In this document: piece by piece, positions 26,623 to 34,044 of the stretch
How positions within the stretch are numbered: position 1 is the first letter of the stretch
Layout: the number at the start of each line of letters is the position of its first letter
NCBI GenBank assembly: GCA_903842445.1
Contig: CAIMLT010000029.1
Coordinates: 1 to 46,044 of the forward strand
DNA: 46,044 bases
Source: an uncultured bacterium
GTDB lineage: Bacteria > Patescibacteriota > Minisyncoccia > Moranbacterales > UBA2206
Direction: 5' to 3'
Made by a program: the position numbers and the translations under genes
The notes under the pieces: generated by a model
Told to the model about the DNA's origin: nothing
The model's database searches: none
Seen by the model: the letters and a program-made list of their open reading frames with translations, nothing else

Positions 26623-27361
26623 GCGCTTAATTTCTCAAGATTATTTTTTTATGCGTCCGGAAATTATAAATAAAATTCTTCGTGAAACTGAAATTGGTTA
26701 TGACCAGATGGCGGAAAAGTTCTCCAGCACTCGAAAAAATTTTTGGGGCGAATTGGCTTTTATTGCTGATTATATTAAGGATGGGGATAAGATTTTGGAT
26801 TATGGTTGTGGCAATGGTCGGCTTTTGGAAATTCTCAAGAATAAAAAAATTGAGTATGTCGGAATGGATGTCTCTCAAAAGTTGATTGATCTGGCAAAGG
26901 CGAAATATCCTGAGCGCGTTGAGTCTTTTTCTAAAATCACCAGTCAAGCCAGTCTAGCATTTCCGGATAATTTTTTCAATAGAATTATCGCTGTGGCAGT
27001 TTTTCATCATTTTCCGGAAAAATACGCCAAAGAGATGGGAAAAGAATTATTTCGTATTACAAGGCCGGGTGGCACAATAGTTGTTACCGCCTGGAATCTT
27101 TGGCAAAATAAAAGACGCAAAAATATTTTTAATTTTTCAGCTATTTTTGGAAAAATTTTTCAAGTTGGAATATATCGCGGATATTGTCTTTTAGATATTT
27201 TGGTGCCGTTTCGTGATAATCATGGTGGTGTTTTCAAGCGCTATCATCGGGTGTATAATAAAAAAAGCTTAACTGATATTTTCTTGTTTGCCGGTTTTGA
27301 TGTCGAAAAATGCTTTTTGGAAAATGGAAAGAATATTGTTTTAGTTGCAAGAAAAAAATAA
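26621..27361 (+). CDS. Class I SAM-dependent methyltransferase, Trm9/ALKBH8-like motif pattern
   Basis: Motifs FSSTR, SAM motif I LDYGCGNGRL, AVAVFHHF, RPGGTIVVTAWNLWQ, VPF and KRYHRVY. An alternative ATG lies at 26651. Confidence 0.8.
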   Translation: MRLISQDYFFMRPEIINKILRETEIGYDQMAEKFSSTRKNFWGELAFIADYIKDGDKILDYGCGNGRLLEILKNKKIEYVGMDVSQKLIDLAKAKYPERVESFSKITSQASLAFPDNFFNRIIAVAVFHHFPEKYAKEMGKELFRITRPGGTIVVTAWNLWQNKRRKNIFNFSAIFGKIFQVGIYRGYCLLDILVPFRDNHGGVFKRYHRVYNKKSLTDIFLFAGFDVEKCFLENGKNIVLVARKK

Positions 27362-27378
27362 TTTTTTTGGTGTGAATT

Positions 27379-27834
27379 ATGAAATTGAAAGTAGAAATAA
27401 ATAATACTGACAAGAGTCCAGTAAAAAAAAATTTTATCAAAAAAGTTGTTATGTTGACATTAAAAAAAAATGGTTGCTTAGAATTGGCTAAAAAAAATGT
27501 AACACTTAGTTTTGCTTGGGTTTCGGAAAATGAAATGCATCGAATTAATAAGCAATATCGCAAAAAAGACAAGGCGACCGATGTTTTGTCTTTTTGCGAA
27601 TTTGAAGATATTGAAAAGTTGAAAAAAACAACAGATCCCGAGCTGTTTCTCGGCGAATTAATTTTGTGTTATAATTATATTAAAGAATCTGCCAGGGAGT
27701 GTCTCTCTGAAATTGATTTGCAAAAAGAGTTGGCAAGAATCATTGCCCATGGTGTTTTACATTTGTTGGGGTATTCACATAGTCAAAAAATGTTTGCTAT
27801 TCAAGACGCTGTGAAAAAAGAGATTGTTATTTGA
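27379..27834 (+). CDS. ybeY: rRNA maturation endoribonuclease YbeY
   Basis: Zinc motif HGVLHLLGYSH. 151 aa. Confidence 0.9.
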   Translation: MKLKVEINNTDKSPVKKNFIKKVVMLTLKKNGCLELAKKNVTLSFAWVSENEMHRINKQYRKKDKATDVLSFCEFEDIEKLKKTTDPELFLGELILCYNYIKESARECLSEIDLQKELARIIAHGVLHLLGYSHSQKMFAIQDAVKKEIVI

Positions 27835-27867
27835 ATTTTTTGAAGATAAATTTATAAAATTGTTAAA

Positions 27868-28239
27868 ATGAATAGAATCAAACAATTTGCAAAAAGCATT
27901 TCTTGTGCAATGCGTGGGCTGGTGCATGTTGTTCGAAATGAAAAAAATTTTCAAAATGAGTTGATAATCGCTTTTGTTGTTGTTTTAGCGATGGTTTATT
28001 TCGAAGTTACGCGCACAGAAGCAGTTGCGCTGGTTATAGTAATCGCAGGGGTTTTAATCATGGAACTTCTAAACACTGTCGTAGAAAGAGTAGTTGACAT
28101 TTTGAAGCCAAGAATTCATCCGTATGCGAGATTAATCAAGGATTTAATGGCGGCAGTTGTTCTCATATCCTCGATTTTTGCGCTGGTAATCGGATTTATT
28201 ATTTTTTTGCCGTATGTTTTTGCGCTTTGGAATTTTTGA
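27868..28239 (+). CDS. dgkA: Diacylglycerol kinase / undecaprenol kinase family membrane protein
   Basis: 123 aa with 3 TM helices. NFQNE and ELLNTVVERVVD motifs of prokaryotic DAGK. Confidence 0.85.
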   Translation: MNRIKQFAKSISCAMRGLVHVVRNEKNFQNELIIAFVVVLAMVYFEVTRTEAVALVIVIAGVLIMELLNTVVERVVDILKPRIHPYARLIKDLMAAVVLISSIFALVIGFIIFLPYVFALWNF

Positions 28240-28241
28240 TG

Positions 28242-28270
28242 TTGTCGATTATGGCTAAGTGTAATATAAT
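28242..28270 (+). promoter_or_regulatory. Candidate sigma70-like promoter for ftsA
   Basis: TTGTCG (28242-28247), 17-nt spacer, consensus TATAAT (28265-28270), 33 nt upstream of the ATG at 28304. Confidence 0.4.
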
Positions 28271-28303
28271 TTAAGTTGTGAGTTAAAAAATAAAAATGAA
28301 AGC

Positions 28304-29569
28304 ATGTCGAAAAAAGAAATCATTGTTGGTCTAGATATCGGATCTTCTTATGTTAGAACAGTTATTGCTCAGATTGTTCCTTCTGAGGAAAATTTGCGTG
28401 TGATTGGCGTGGGGATGGCACCGGCTTTTGGTGTGAGACGGGGGATTATAGTTGATCTTGAAGAGATCATAAAATCAATTAGTGAATCTATGAATTTAGC
28501 TGAAAGAACAGCTGGTGTAGAAGCTAAATATGCCATAACTGGAATTGGTGGAAACCATATTTCTTCTCAATATTCAAAAGGAGTTATCGCTGTTGGCCGG
28601 GCAGATGGTGAGGTTGTGCCTGATGATATCTCTCGGGTGATTAATGCCGCCCAAGCTATTTCAATTCCTCCTAATAAGGAGATAATTCATATTATTCCAA
28701 AAAGCTACTCATTGGACGATCAAAAGAATATCCGTGATCCACTGGGGATGAGTGGAGTAAGATTGGAAGTGGATGCCATGATTATTGAGGGTTCAACCCC
28801 GCATATTAAAAATCTGAATAAATGTATCGAGGAAGCTGGATTGATCGCTGAAAGTTTCGTTCTTTCTCCTCTGGCAGCTGCTAAGGCTGTGCTTTCGAAA
28901 AGACAAAAAGAGCTCGGCGTGGTGCTTGTTGATATTGGAGGTGGCTCAACTTCAGTGGCAGTTTTTGAGGAGAATGATTTGCTCCGCGTTTCTGTTATTC
29001 CAGTTGGCGGAAACCACATTACTAACGATATTGCGATTGGTCTTCGCACATCAATTGATGTAGCCGAAAAGATAAAATTAGAGTTCGGAAATGCTAGTCC
29101 TAAAGAAATTGGCAAAAAGGAGAATATCGACTTATCCCAGCTCGATTCAAATGAAGAAGGCATAGTTTCTCGTCATCATGTAGCCGAAATAATTGAGGCG
29201 CGAATGGAAGAAATTTTTATAATGGTAAACAAAGAGTTGCAGCTTATTGGAAAAGAGCGCTTGCTTCCGGCTGGAGCAGTTATTACGGGTGGAACTGCAA
29301 AATTGCCGGGCTGTGTTGATTTGGCGAAAAATATCCTTGCTCTTCCGTCACAAACTGGTTTTCCGGTGCCATTGGGTGGTTTAGTTGATAAAATTGATGA
29401 TCCGGCCTTTGCAACAGTAATTGGGTTGATTTTGTGGGGTCAAGATGAGCAACAGGGGCAAAAAAAAGGTGGAAATGGGCTTGGAAATAAGATGATTAGT
29501 GGGGTTGTTTCGGAAATAGGAGGAAAAATGGAAGGTGTAAAAAAATGGCTTGGAAAATTCTTGCCTTAA
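28304..29569 (+). CDS. ftsA: Cell division protein FtsA
   Basis: Actin-fold motifs VGLDIGSSYVR, VDIGGGSTSVAVF and ITGGTAKLPG. C-terminal amphipathic helix KKWLGKFLP. Confidence 0.93.
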   Translation: MSKKEIIVGLDIGSSYVRTVIAQIVPSEENLRVIGVGMAPAFGVRRGIIVDLEEIIKSISESMNLAERTAGVEAKYAITGIGGNHISSQYSKGVIAVGRADGEVVPDDISRVINAAQAISIPPNKEIIHIIPKSYSLDDQKNIRDPLGMSGVRLEVDAMIIEGSTPHIKNLNKCIEEAGLIAESFVLSPLAAAKAVLSKRQKELGVVLVDIGGGSTSVAVFEENDLLRVSVIPVGGNHITNDIAIGLRTSIDVAEKIKLEFGNASPKEIGKKENIDLSQLDSNEEGIVSRHHVAEIIEARMEEIFIMVNKELQLIGKERLLPAGAVITGGTAKLPGCVDLAKNILALPSQTGFPVPLGGLVDKIDDPAFATVIGLILWGQDEQQGQKKGGNGLGNKMISGVVSEIGGKMEGVKKWLGKFLP

Positions 29570-29612
29570 AAATATAGCCCAGATTTGTTGTTAGGCATCT
29601 TTAATTCTCTGT

Positions 29613-29642
29613 TTGACATCTATTAAGCTATTATGCTAGATT
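29613..29642 (+). promoter_or_regulatory. Candidate promoter for ftsZ
   Basis: Consensus TTGACA (29613-29618), 18-nt spacer, extended -10 TGcTAGATT (29634-29642). Confidence 0.4.
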
Positions 29643-29784
29643 TAATTAATGAAAAAGAGGCAAAGTGCCGATGCCAATTGGCAGTAAATAAAACCAAAAC
29701 AAAAAATAAAATTTTCAAAAATAGATTTTAAAAAATCTGTGGTTTTGTTTATTTAAATTTTTTCTATTAAACCCTAAAAAATAT

Positions 29785-31014
29785 ATGGCAGAAATAAAAC
29801 CACCAGTAGAAACTTTTGCGCGCATCAAAGTGATTGGTGTGGGTGGATCAGGAGGACATGGAATTAGTCGCATGATTGAAACCAAGATAAAAGGCGTTGA
29901 GTTCGTGGCGATTAATACAGATGCGCAGGATTTGCATCATAACAAAGCGCCTGAAAAAGTGCATATCGGAAAGAATTTGACTAAAGGATTGGGTGCAGGA
30001 ATGAATCCGGATATTGGTCGTCAAGCGGCAGAAGAAAATCGTGATGAAATTCAAGAAGTCTTGAAGGGTGCAGATATGGTTTTTGTTACTTGCGGACTTG
30101 GCGGAGGAACTGGAACCGGAGCTGCTCCAATTGTGGCTGAGGCTGCAAAAGAACTTGGAGCTTTGACTGTAGCTGTTGTGACGAAGCCATTTAGTTTTGA
30201 AGGTGCGCAAAGAAGATCTATTGCCGAGGAAGGCCTAGCGAATTTACGAGAGCGTGTGGATACACTTATAACTATTCCTAACGACAAGCTTTTGCAAATT
30301 ATTGATAAGAAAACAACGCTTATAAATTCTTTTAAGATTGTGGATGATGTGCTTCGTCAAGGCGTACAAGGAATTTCTGATCTAATTACCAAGCCAGGCA
30401 TTGTCAATGTTGACTTTGCTGATGTGCGTGCAATTATGAGCAATAGTGGATCAGCGCTGATGGGAATTGGAATCGGTACGGGTGAAAATCGAGCAGCTGA
30501 AGCAGCCAAAGCAGCAATCAACAGTCCGCTTCTAGAACTTTCAATTGATGGAGCCAAAGGGGTTCTTTTCAATGTTTCCGGTTCTTCAGATCTTACAATG
30601 CTAGAGATTAACGAAGCGGCCAACATCATCACTGAGGCGATTGATCCAAATGCTAAAGTTATTTTTGGTGCCGTGGTTGATGAGACGCTTAAGAAAGGAG
30701 AAGTGCAAATTACGGTTGTGGCGACCGGATTTGACGAGGAAAAAGTTAGTGAATCGCGTATGTCTCCAATGGAAAGACTTACAAGAGCTAAGATGGCTGA
30801 AGATGTAATCTCTGATGTGGATAATTCTCCAGAAGATGATTTGAAAAATACTTTTTCCGTAAGAGAAGAACCAAGAATGATTATCGAAGAAAAAGTACCA
30901 CCGAAAATACAAAGAACAACAGCTTTTATGCAGAAGGATAAGGCACTAACCGATGAAGATGATGACGATGAATTGGAAATCCCGGCTTTTATTCGAAGAA
31001 AGATGGGAAAATAG
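29785..31014 (+). CDS. ftsZ: Cell division GTPase FtsZ
   Basis: Motifs [11 protein letters not shown], tubulin signature [10 protein letters not shown] and NVDFADV. C-terminal conserved peptide [10 protein letters not shown]. Confidence 0.97.
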   Translation: MAEIKPPVETFARIKVIGVGGSGGHGISRMIETKIKGVEFVAINTDAQDLHHNKAPEKVHIGKNLTKGLGAGMNPDIGRQAAEENRDEIQEVLKGADMVFVTCGLGGGTGTGAAPIVAEAAKELGALTVAVVTKPFSFEGAQRRSIAEEGLANLRERVDTLITIPNDKLLQIIDKKTTLINSFKIVDDVLRQGVQGISDLITKPGIVNVDFADVRAIMSNSGSALMGIGIGTGENRAAEAAKAAINSPLLELSIDGAKGVLFNVSGSSDLTMLEINEAANIITEAIDPNAKVIFGAVVDETLKKGEVQITVVATGFDEEKVSESRMSPMERLTRAKMAEDVISDVDNSPEDDLKNTFSVREEPRMIIEEKVPPKIQRTTAFMQKDKALTDEDDDDELEIPAFIRRKMGK

Positions 31015-31040
31015 GCAGGGTAAATTATTATGTTGTTTTT

Positions 31041-31071
31041 AAAATTCAGGCCAAGAGGCCTGAATTTTTTT
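31041..31071 (+). terminator. Rho-independent terminator after ftsZ
   Basis: 12-bp stem AAAATTCAGGCC (31041-31052) / GGCCTGAATTTT (31057-31068), loop AAGA, T-run. Confidence 0.85.
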
Positions 31072-31107
31072 GCCAAAGTGGTTATTTTGTAATATGATTT
31101 AATCACC

Positions 31108-31158
31108 TGTCATTCCCGCCCCCGTTTTCACGAGGATAAAATCCGGCGGGAATCCAGT
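31108..31158 (+). repeat. GC-rich palindromic element, long form
   Basis: TGTCATTCCCGCCCCCGTTTTCACGAGGATAAAATCCGGCGGGAATCCAG. Matches the inverted copy at 23901-23953 at 47/50. Two of the three differences are paired (C-G to T-A) in the internal stem. Confidence 0.85.
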
Positions 31159-31243
31159 GCATAAACCAAGAGTTACAATACTAGCTTGCGCTGTTTTTGC
31201 AGTTTGGGAAATATGGGGGTTGTTGGTTTTTAGAAGATATATT

Positions 31244-31314
31244 TCGGAGATCGTCTAACGGTAGGACAACAGACTCTGACTCTGTTAATTGGGGTTCGAA
31301 TCCCTATCTCCGAA
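31244..31314 (+). tRNA. tRNA-Gln (anticodon CTG)
   Basis: Hand-folded cloverleaf. Acceptor TCGGAGA/TCTCCGA with U1-A72, D stem GTCT/GGAC, anticodon stem ACAGA/TCTGT, loop CTCTGAC, T arm TGGGG-TTCGAAT-CCCTA, discriminator A. No encoded CCA. Confidence 0.9.
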
Positions 31315-31332
31315 CAAATTTATTTTATTCTT

Positions 31333-32169
31333 ATGGAAATAAAAATTGCTGCGCACGCTGGATTTTGTTTCGGAGTTCGGCGCGCGGTTCAAATGGCGGA
31401 AAAAGCACTGGAAGATGGGCGCAAAGTCTATTGTCTAGGATCTTTGATCCATAATCAAAAAGTCATCGAAAAGCTAGAAAAGAAAGGTCTGGTAACAGTT
31501 ACTAATCCCTCTGAAATTCCAATGGGAAGCCTTTTCCTCATCCGCAGTCATGGAATTGATCCAAAAATTGTGGAAAATATTATCTCGCAAGGTGGGGAAA
31601 TTTTAGACGCCACTTGTCCTTTTGTCAGGCGCGCGCAACTTGTCGCAAAAAAATTTCATGATGACGGATACGAAATTGTTATTTGTGGTGATCCGAAGCA
31701 CGCTGAAGTTATCGGCATTAATGCCTGGGCTGATAATACGGCAAAAATAGTAGAGAGCGCGAGCGAGATAAAAAACTTGAAATTTAAGGGAATAATTGGT
31801 GTTCTTAGTCAGACCACGCAAAAAATTAAACTTCTAGAAGAAGTAGTAGTGGAGTTGCTTCAAAAAACAAAGAGTTTAGTAATTGAAAATACGATATGCC
31901 TCGACAGTTCGACTAAACAAGCGGAAATCGTGGCTTTGGCAAAAGAAGTTGATTTGGTGATTGTGATTGGTGGAAAAAATTCCAGCAATACCGGAAAACT
32001 AGTTCAGCTCAGTGAGGCGCAAGAAAAGCCGACTTACCACATTGAAACGGCTGAAGAATTGCAAACTGAGTGGTTTTCTGGCGTCAAAAAAGTTGGCATT
32101 GCCGCTGGCGCATCAACTGCAAAGTTTTTGATTGATGAGGTGGTGGACAAAATCAACTCTTTGTGCTAA
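31333..32169 (+). CDS. ispH: 4-hydroxy-3-methylbut-2-enyl diphosphate reductase
   Basis: Motifs HAGFCFGVRRAV (Cys1), DATCPFV (Cys2), NTICLDS (Cys3), SHG and SSNT. 278 aa. Confidence 0.92.
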   Translation: MEIKIAAHAGFCFGVRRAVQMAEKALEDGRKVYCLGSLIHNQKVIEKLEKKGLVTVTNPSEIPMGSLFLIRSHGIDPKIVENIISQGGEILDATCPFVRRAQLVAKKFHDDGYEIVICGDPKHAEVIGINAWADNTAKIVESASEIKNLKFKGIIGVLSQTTQKIKLLEEVVVELLQKTKSLVIENTICLDSSTKQAEIVALAKEVDLVIVIGGKNSSNTGKLVQLSEAQEKPTYHIETAEELQTEWFSGVKKVGIAAGASTAKFLIDEVVDKINSLC

Positions 32170-32201
32170 GCTAAGTCTTCAAGTATTTTTAACCGAATTA
32201 A

Positions 32202-32933
32202 ATGAAAAAAGAAATAGTTTATCCGATAAGGATTAATAAGTATCTGGCTTACAATAATTTTTGCACTCGTCGCGCGGCAGATGAAATTATCAAATCCGGC
32301 CGAGTGAAAATAAATGGGCAGATTGCTGTGCTTGGTGTCAGGGTTAACGAATCTGACGAAGTAACGATTGACAAGGATATTCGGCGAAATAAAAAATTAG
32401 TTTATTTGGCTTATAATAAACCGCAAGGCATCGTAACCCATAGTCCGCAAAAAGGTGAGAAGAGTATTGAAGATATTTTCAATTATTCGCAAAAAGTTTT
32501 TCCAGTGGGCAGGCTTGATAAGGATTCTCACGGGCTTATTATCCTAACTAATGATGGCCGAGTAACAGATCGCTTGCTCAATCCTGACCACTATCACGAA
32601 AAAGAATATTTGGTCAAAGTTGACAGAACAATTAGTCCCGGGTTTATCAAAAACATGTCCGAGGGAGTGGTTTTAGACGATGGGTATAAAACTAGGAATT
32701 GCGAGGTAAAGAAAATTAATGACTTGGCTTTTTCTATTGTTCTCACAGAAGGTAAAAAAAGGCAAATTAGAAGAATGTGTGAAAAATTAGAGCGCAGAGT
32801 AGCTGAACTTAAGCGAGTCCGAATTATGAATATCAGTCTGGGTGGTTTAAAAACGCGAGAATATCGCGAAATTGAAGGTCAGGAGCAGCAAGATTTACTG
32901 AAAAGCATTGGCATAGATCAGGCAGAAATTTAG
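32202..32933 (+). CDS. RsuA/RluB-family pseudouridine synthase with N-terminal S4 domain
   Basis: S4 motif RINKYLAYNNFCTRRAADEII. Catalytic GRLDKDSHGLIILTNDG. KKRQIRRM. Confidence 0.9.
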   Translation: MKKEIVYPIRINKYLAYNNFCTRRAADEIIKSGRVKINGQIAVLGVRVNESDEVTIDKDIRRNKKLVYLAYNKPQGIVTHSPQKGEKSIEDIFNYSQKVFPVGRLDKDSHGLIILTNDGRVTDRLLNPDHYHEKEYLVKVDRTISPGFIKNMSEGVVLDDGYKTRNCEVKKINDLAFSIVLTEGKKRQIRRMCEKLERRVAELKRVRIMNISLGGLKTREYREIEGQEQQDLLKSIGIDQAEI

Positions 32934-32973
32934 CGTTTATATTCGGTTTTTCGCTTAAGGCGGACTAATGAGT

Positions 32974-33002
32974 TTGACAGAGGTCAAAAAGTGCGGTATA
33001 TT
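32974..33002 (+). promoter_or_regulatory. Candidate sigma70-like promoter for rplU
   Basis: Consensus TTGACA (32974-32979), 17-nt spacer, TATATT (32997-33002). The -35 sits within the 6-bp inverted repeat TTTGAC-AGAG-GTCAAA. Confidence 0.5.
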
Positions 33003-33046
33003 AGCTAAGTTAAAGCTTCTAATTAAATAGTGAAATTATATATATT

Positions 33047-33355
33047 ATGTTGGCAATTATCAAAACTGGCGGTAAGCAGTATAAAGTCAAAGTAGGGGAT
33101 AAGGTTAAAATTGAAAAATTGGAAGATGCTATTGGAAGCACAATTGTTTTTCCGGAGGTGCTTTTCGTGGGCGATGAGAAAGAAATCAAGGTCGGAACGC
33201 CGTTTCTTGCTGATACAAAAGTAGAAGGCAAGATTCTTCGCACAGAACAAGGCGACAAAGTAACTGGAATTAAGTTCAAAGCTAAAAAAAGATACAAAGT
33301 TAAATTTGGACATCGTCAAATTTTCACGGAAGTTGAAATTACTAAAATCGCTTAG
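33047..33355 (+). CDS. rplU: 50S ribosomal protein L21
   Basis: MLAIIKTGGKQYKVKVGD, FKAKKRYKVKFGHRQ. 102 aa. Confidence 0.96.
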   Translation: MLAIIKTGGKQYKVKVGDKVKIEKLEDAIGSTIVFPEVLFVGDEKEIKVGTPFLADTKVEGKILRTEQGDKVTGIKFKAKKRYKVKFGHRQIFTEVEITKIA

Positions 33356-33378
33356 TTTTTCTTTGAAATATTAAAAAT

Positions 33379-33407
33379 CCGAGCTTTGACTGGCTCGGGT
33401 TTTTTTT
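33379..33407. terminator. Bidirectional intrinsic terminator shared by convergent rplU and recR
   Basis: Stem CCGAGC (33379-33384) / GCTCGG (33393-33398). T-run 33400-33407 on the plus strand and an A-run (T-run on the minus strand) at 33373-33377. Confidence 0.75.
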
Positions 33408-33430
33408 GTGATAATCTTTTCCGGTTGCTT

Positions 33431-34018
33431 TTATTTACGATTGAGTATTGCCGAACTCAGGGTTAACTCGTCAGCGTGCTCAATGTCAGCGCCAGTTGAA
33501 AGTCCGCGCGCAAAGCGAGTGATTTTTACCTCCAGTGGTTTTAAGATGCGCATAAGATAGAGCGCAGTGGCATCGCCTTCGGTAGTTGGGTTAGTCGCGA
33601 GAATGACTTCAGTAATTTTTTCTTTTTCCACTCTTTTTTCCAAATCTTTAAAATGCAAATTATCCGATCCGACCATTCTTGTTGGATTAAGCACGCCACC
33701 AAGAACGTGATAAATCCCGTTGTATTTTTTAGTTTTTTCAATGGCGAAAACATCCAATGCGTCTTCTACGACGCAAATAATTTTTTGTTCGCGTAAACTA
33801 TCTTTGCAAATAGTACAAAGCTTTTCCTCGCTGATATTCCAACATTTTTCACAATGTCTGAGATTTTTTTTGAAATCTTCAAGATTTCTGGCAAAATCAG
33901 ACAGTTTTTGATTATCTTCTTTAAATAAAAATAAAACCAAACGCTCAGCCATTTTTGGACCGATTGATGGCAGAGCGGCGAAATTATCGATTAATTTTTT
34001 GAATGATTTTGGATACAT
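33431..34018 (-). CDS. recR: Recombination protein RecR
   Basis: LPSIGPKMAERL helix-hairpin-helix, zinc finger CEKCWNISEEKLCTIC, Toprim VVEDALD. 195 aa. Confidence 0.94.
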   Translation of the reverse strand: MYPKSFKKLIDNFAALPSIGPKMAERLVLFLFKEDNQKLSDFARNLEDFKKNLRHCEKCWNISEEKLCTICKDSLREQKIICVVEDALDVFAIEKTKKYNGIYHVLGGVLNPTRMVGSDNLHFKDLEKRVEKEKITEVILATNPTTEGDATALYLMRILKPLEVKITRFARGLSTGADIEHADELTLSSAILNRK

Positions 34019-34044
34019 TGAGTATAATTTTTTTAATTGAGAAT

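Noticed and set aside
26611-26626. Apparent palindrome TTAAGCATGCGCTTAA at the elp3/methyltransferase junction
   Set aside because: On checking, it is not self-complementary in the centre (the reverse complement is TTAAGCGCATGCTTAA). Only the outer TTAAGC/GCTTAA arms pair.
29700-29760. Possible hairpin/sRNA in the ftsA-ftsZ spacer (AGATTT-TAAA-AAATCT and flanking AAACC/GGTTT runs)
   Set aside because: The stems are almost pure A/T and imperfect, as expected by chance at this base composition. The 10-bp palindrome GCCAATTGGC (29673-29682) is isolated, and I could not link it to anything.
30357-31106. 249-aa minus-strand ORF covering the 3' half of ftsZ
   Set aside because: It is a low-complexity Ser/Ile/Ala-rich translation with no motifs. 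The plus-strand frame is unmistakably FtsZ ([11 protein letters not shown]-terminal [10 protein letters not shown]). It is a typical antisense shadow ORF. The same applies to the other antisense or out-of-frame ORFs in the track, for example 3006-3506, 3507-4019, 4204-4656, 14281-14712, 19728-20171, 28720-29163 and 35577-36035.
31197-31454. 85-aa plus-strand ORF
   Set aside because: It runs straight through the well-folded tRNA-Gln gene and into the ispH start in another frame, so it is spurious.
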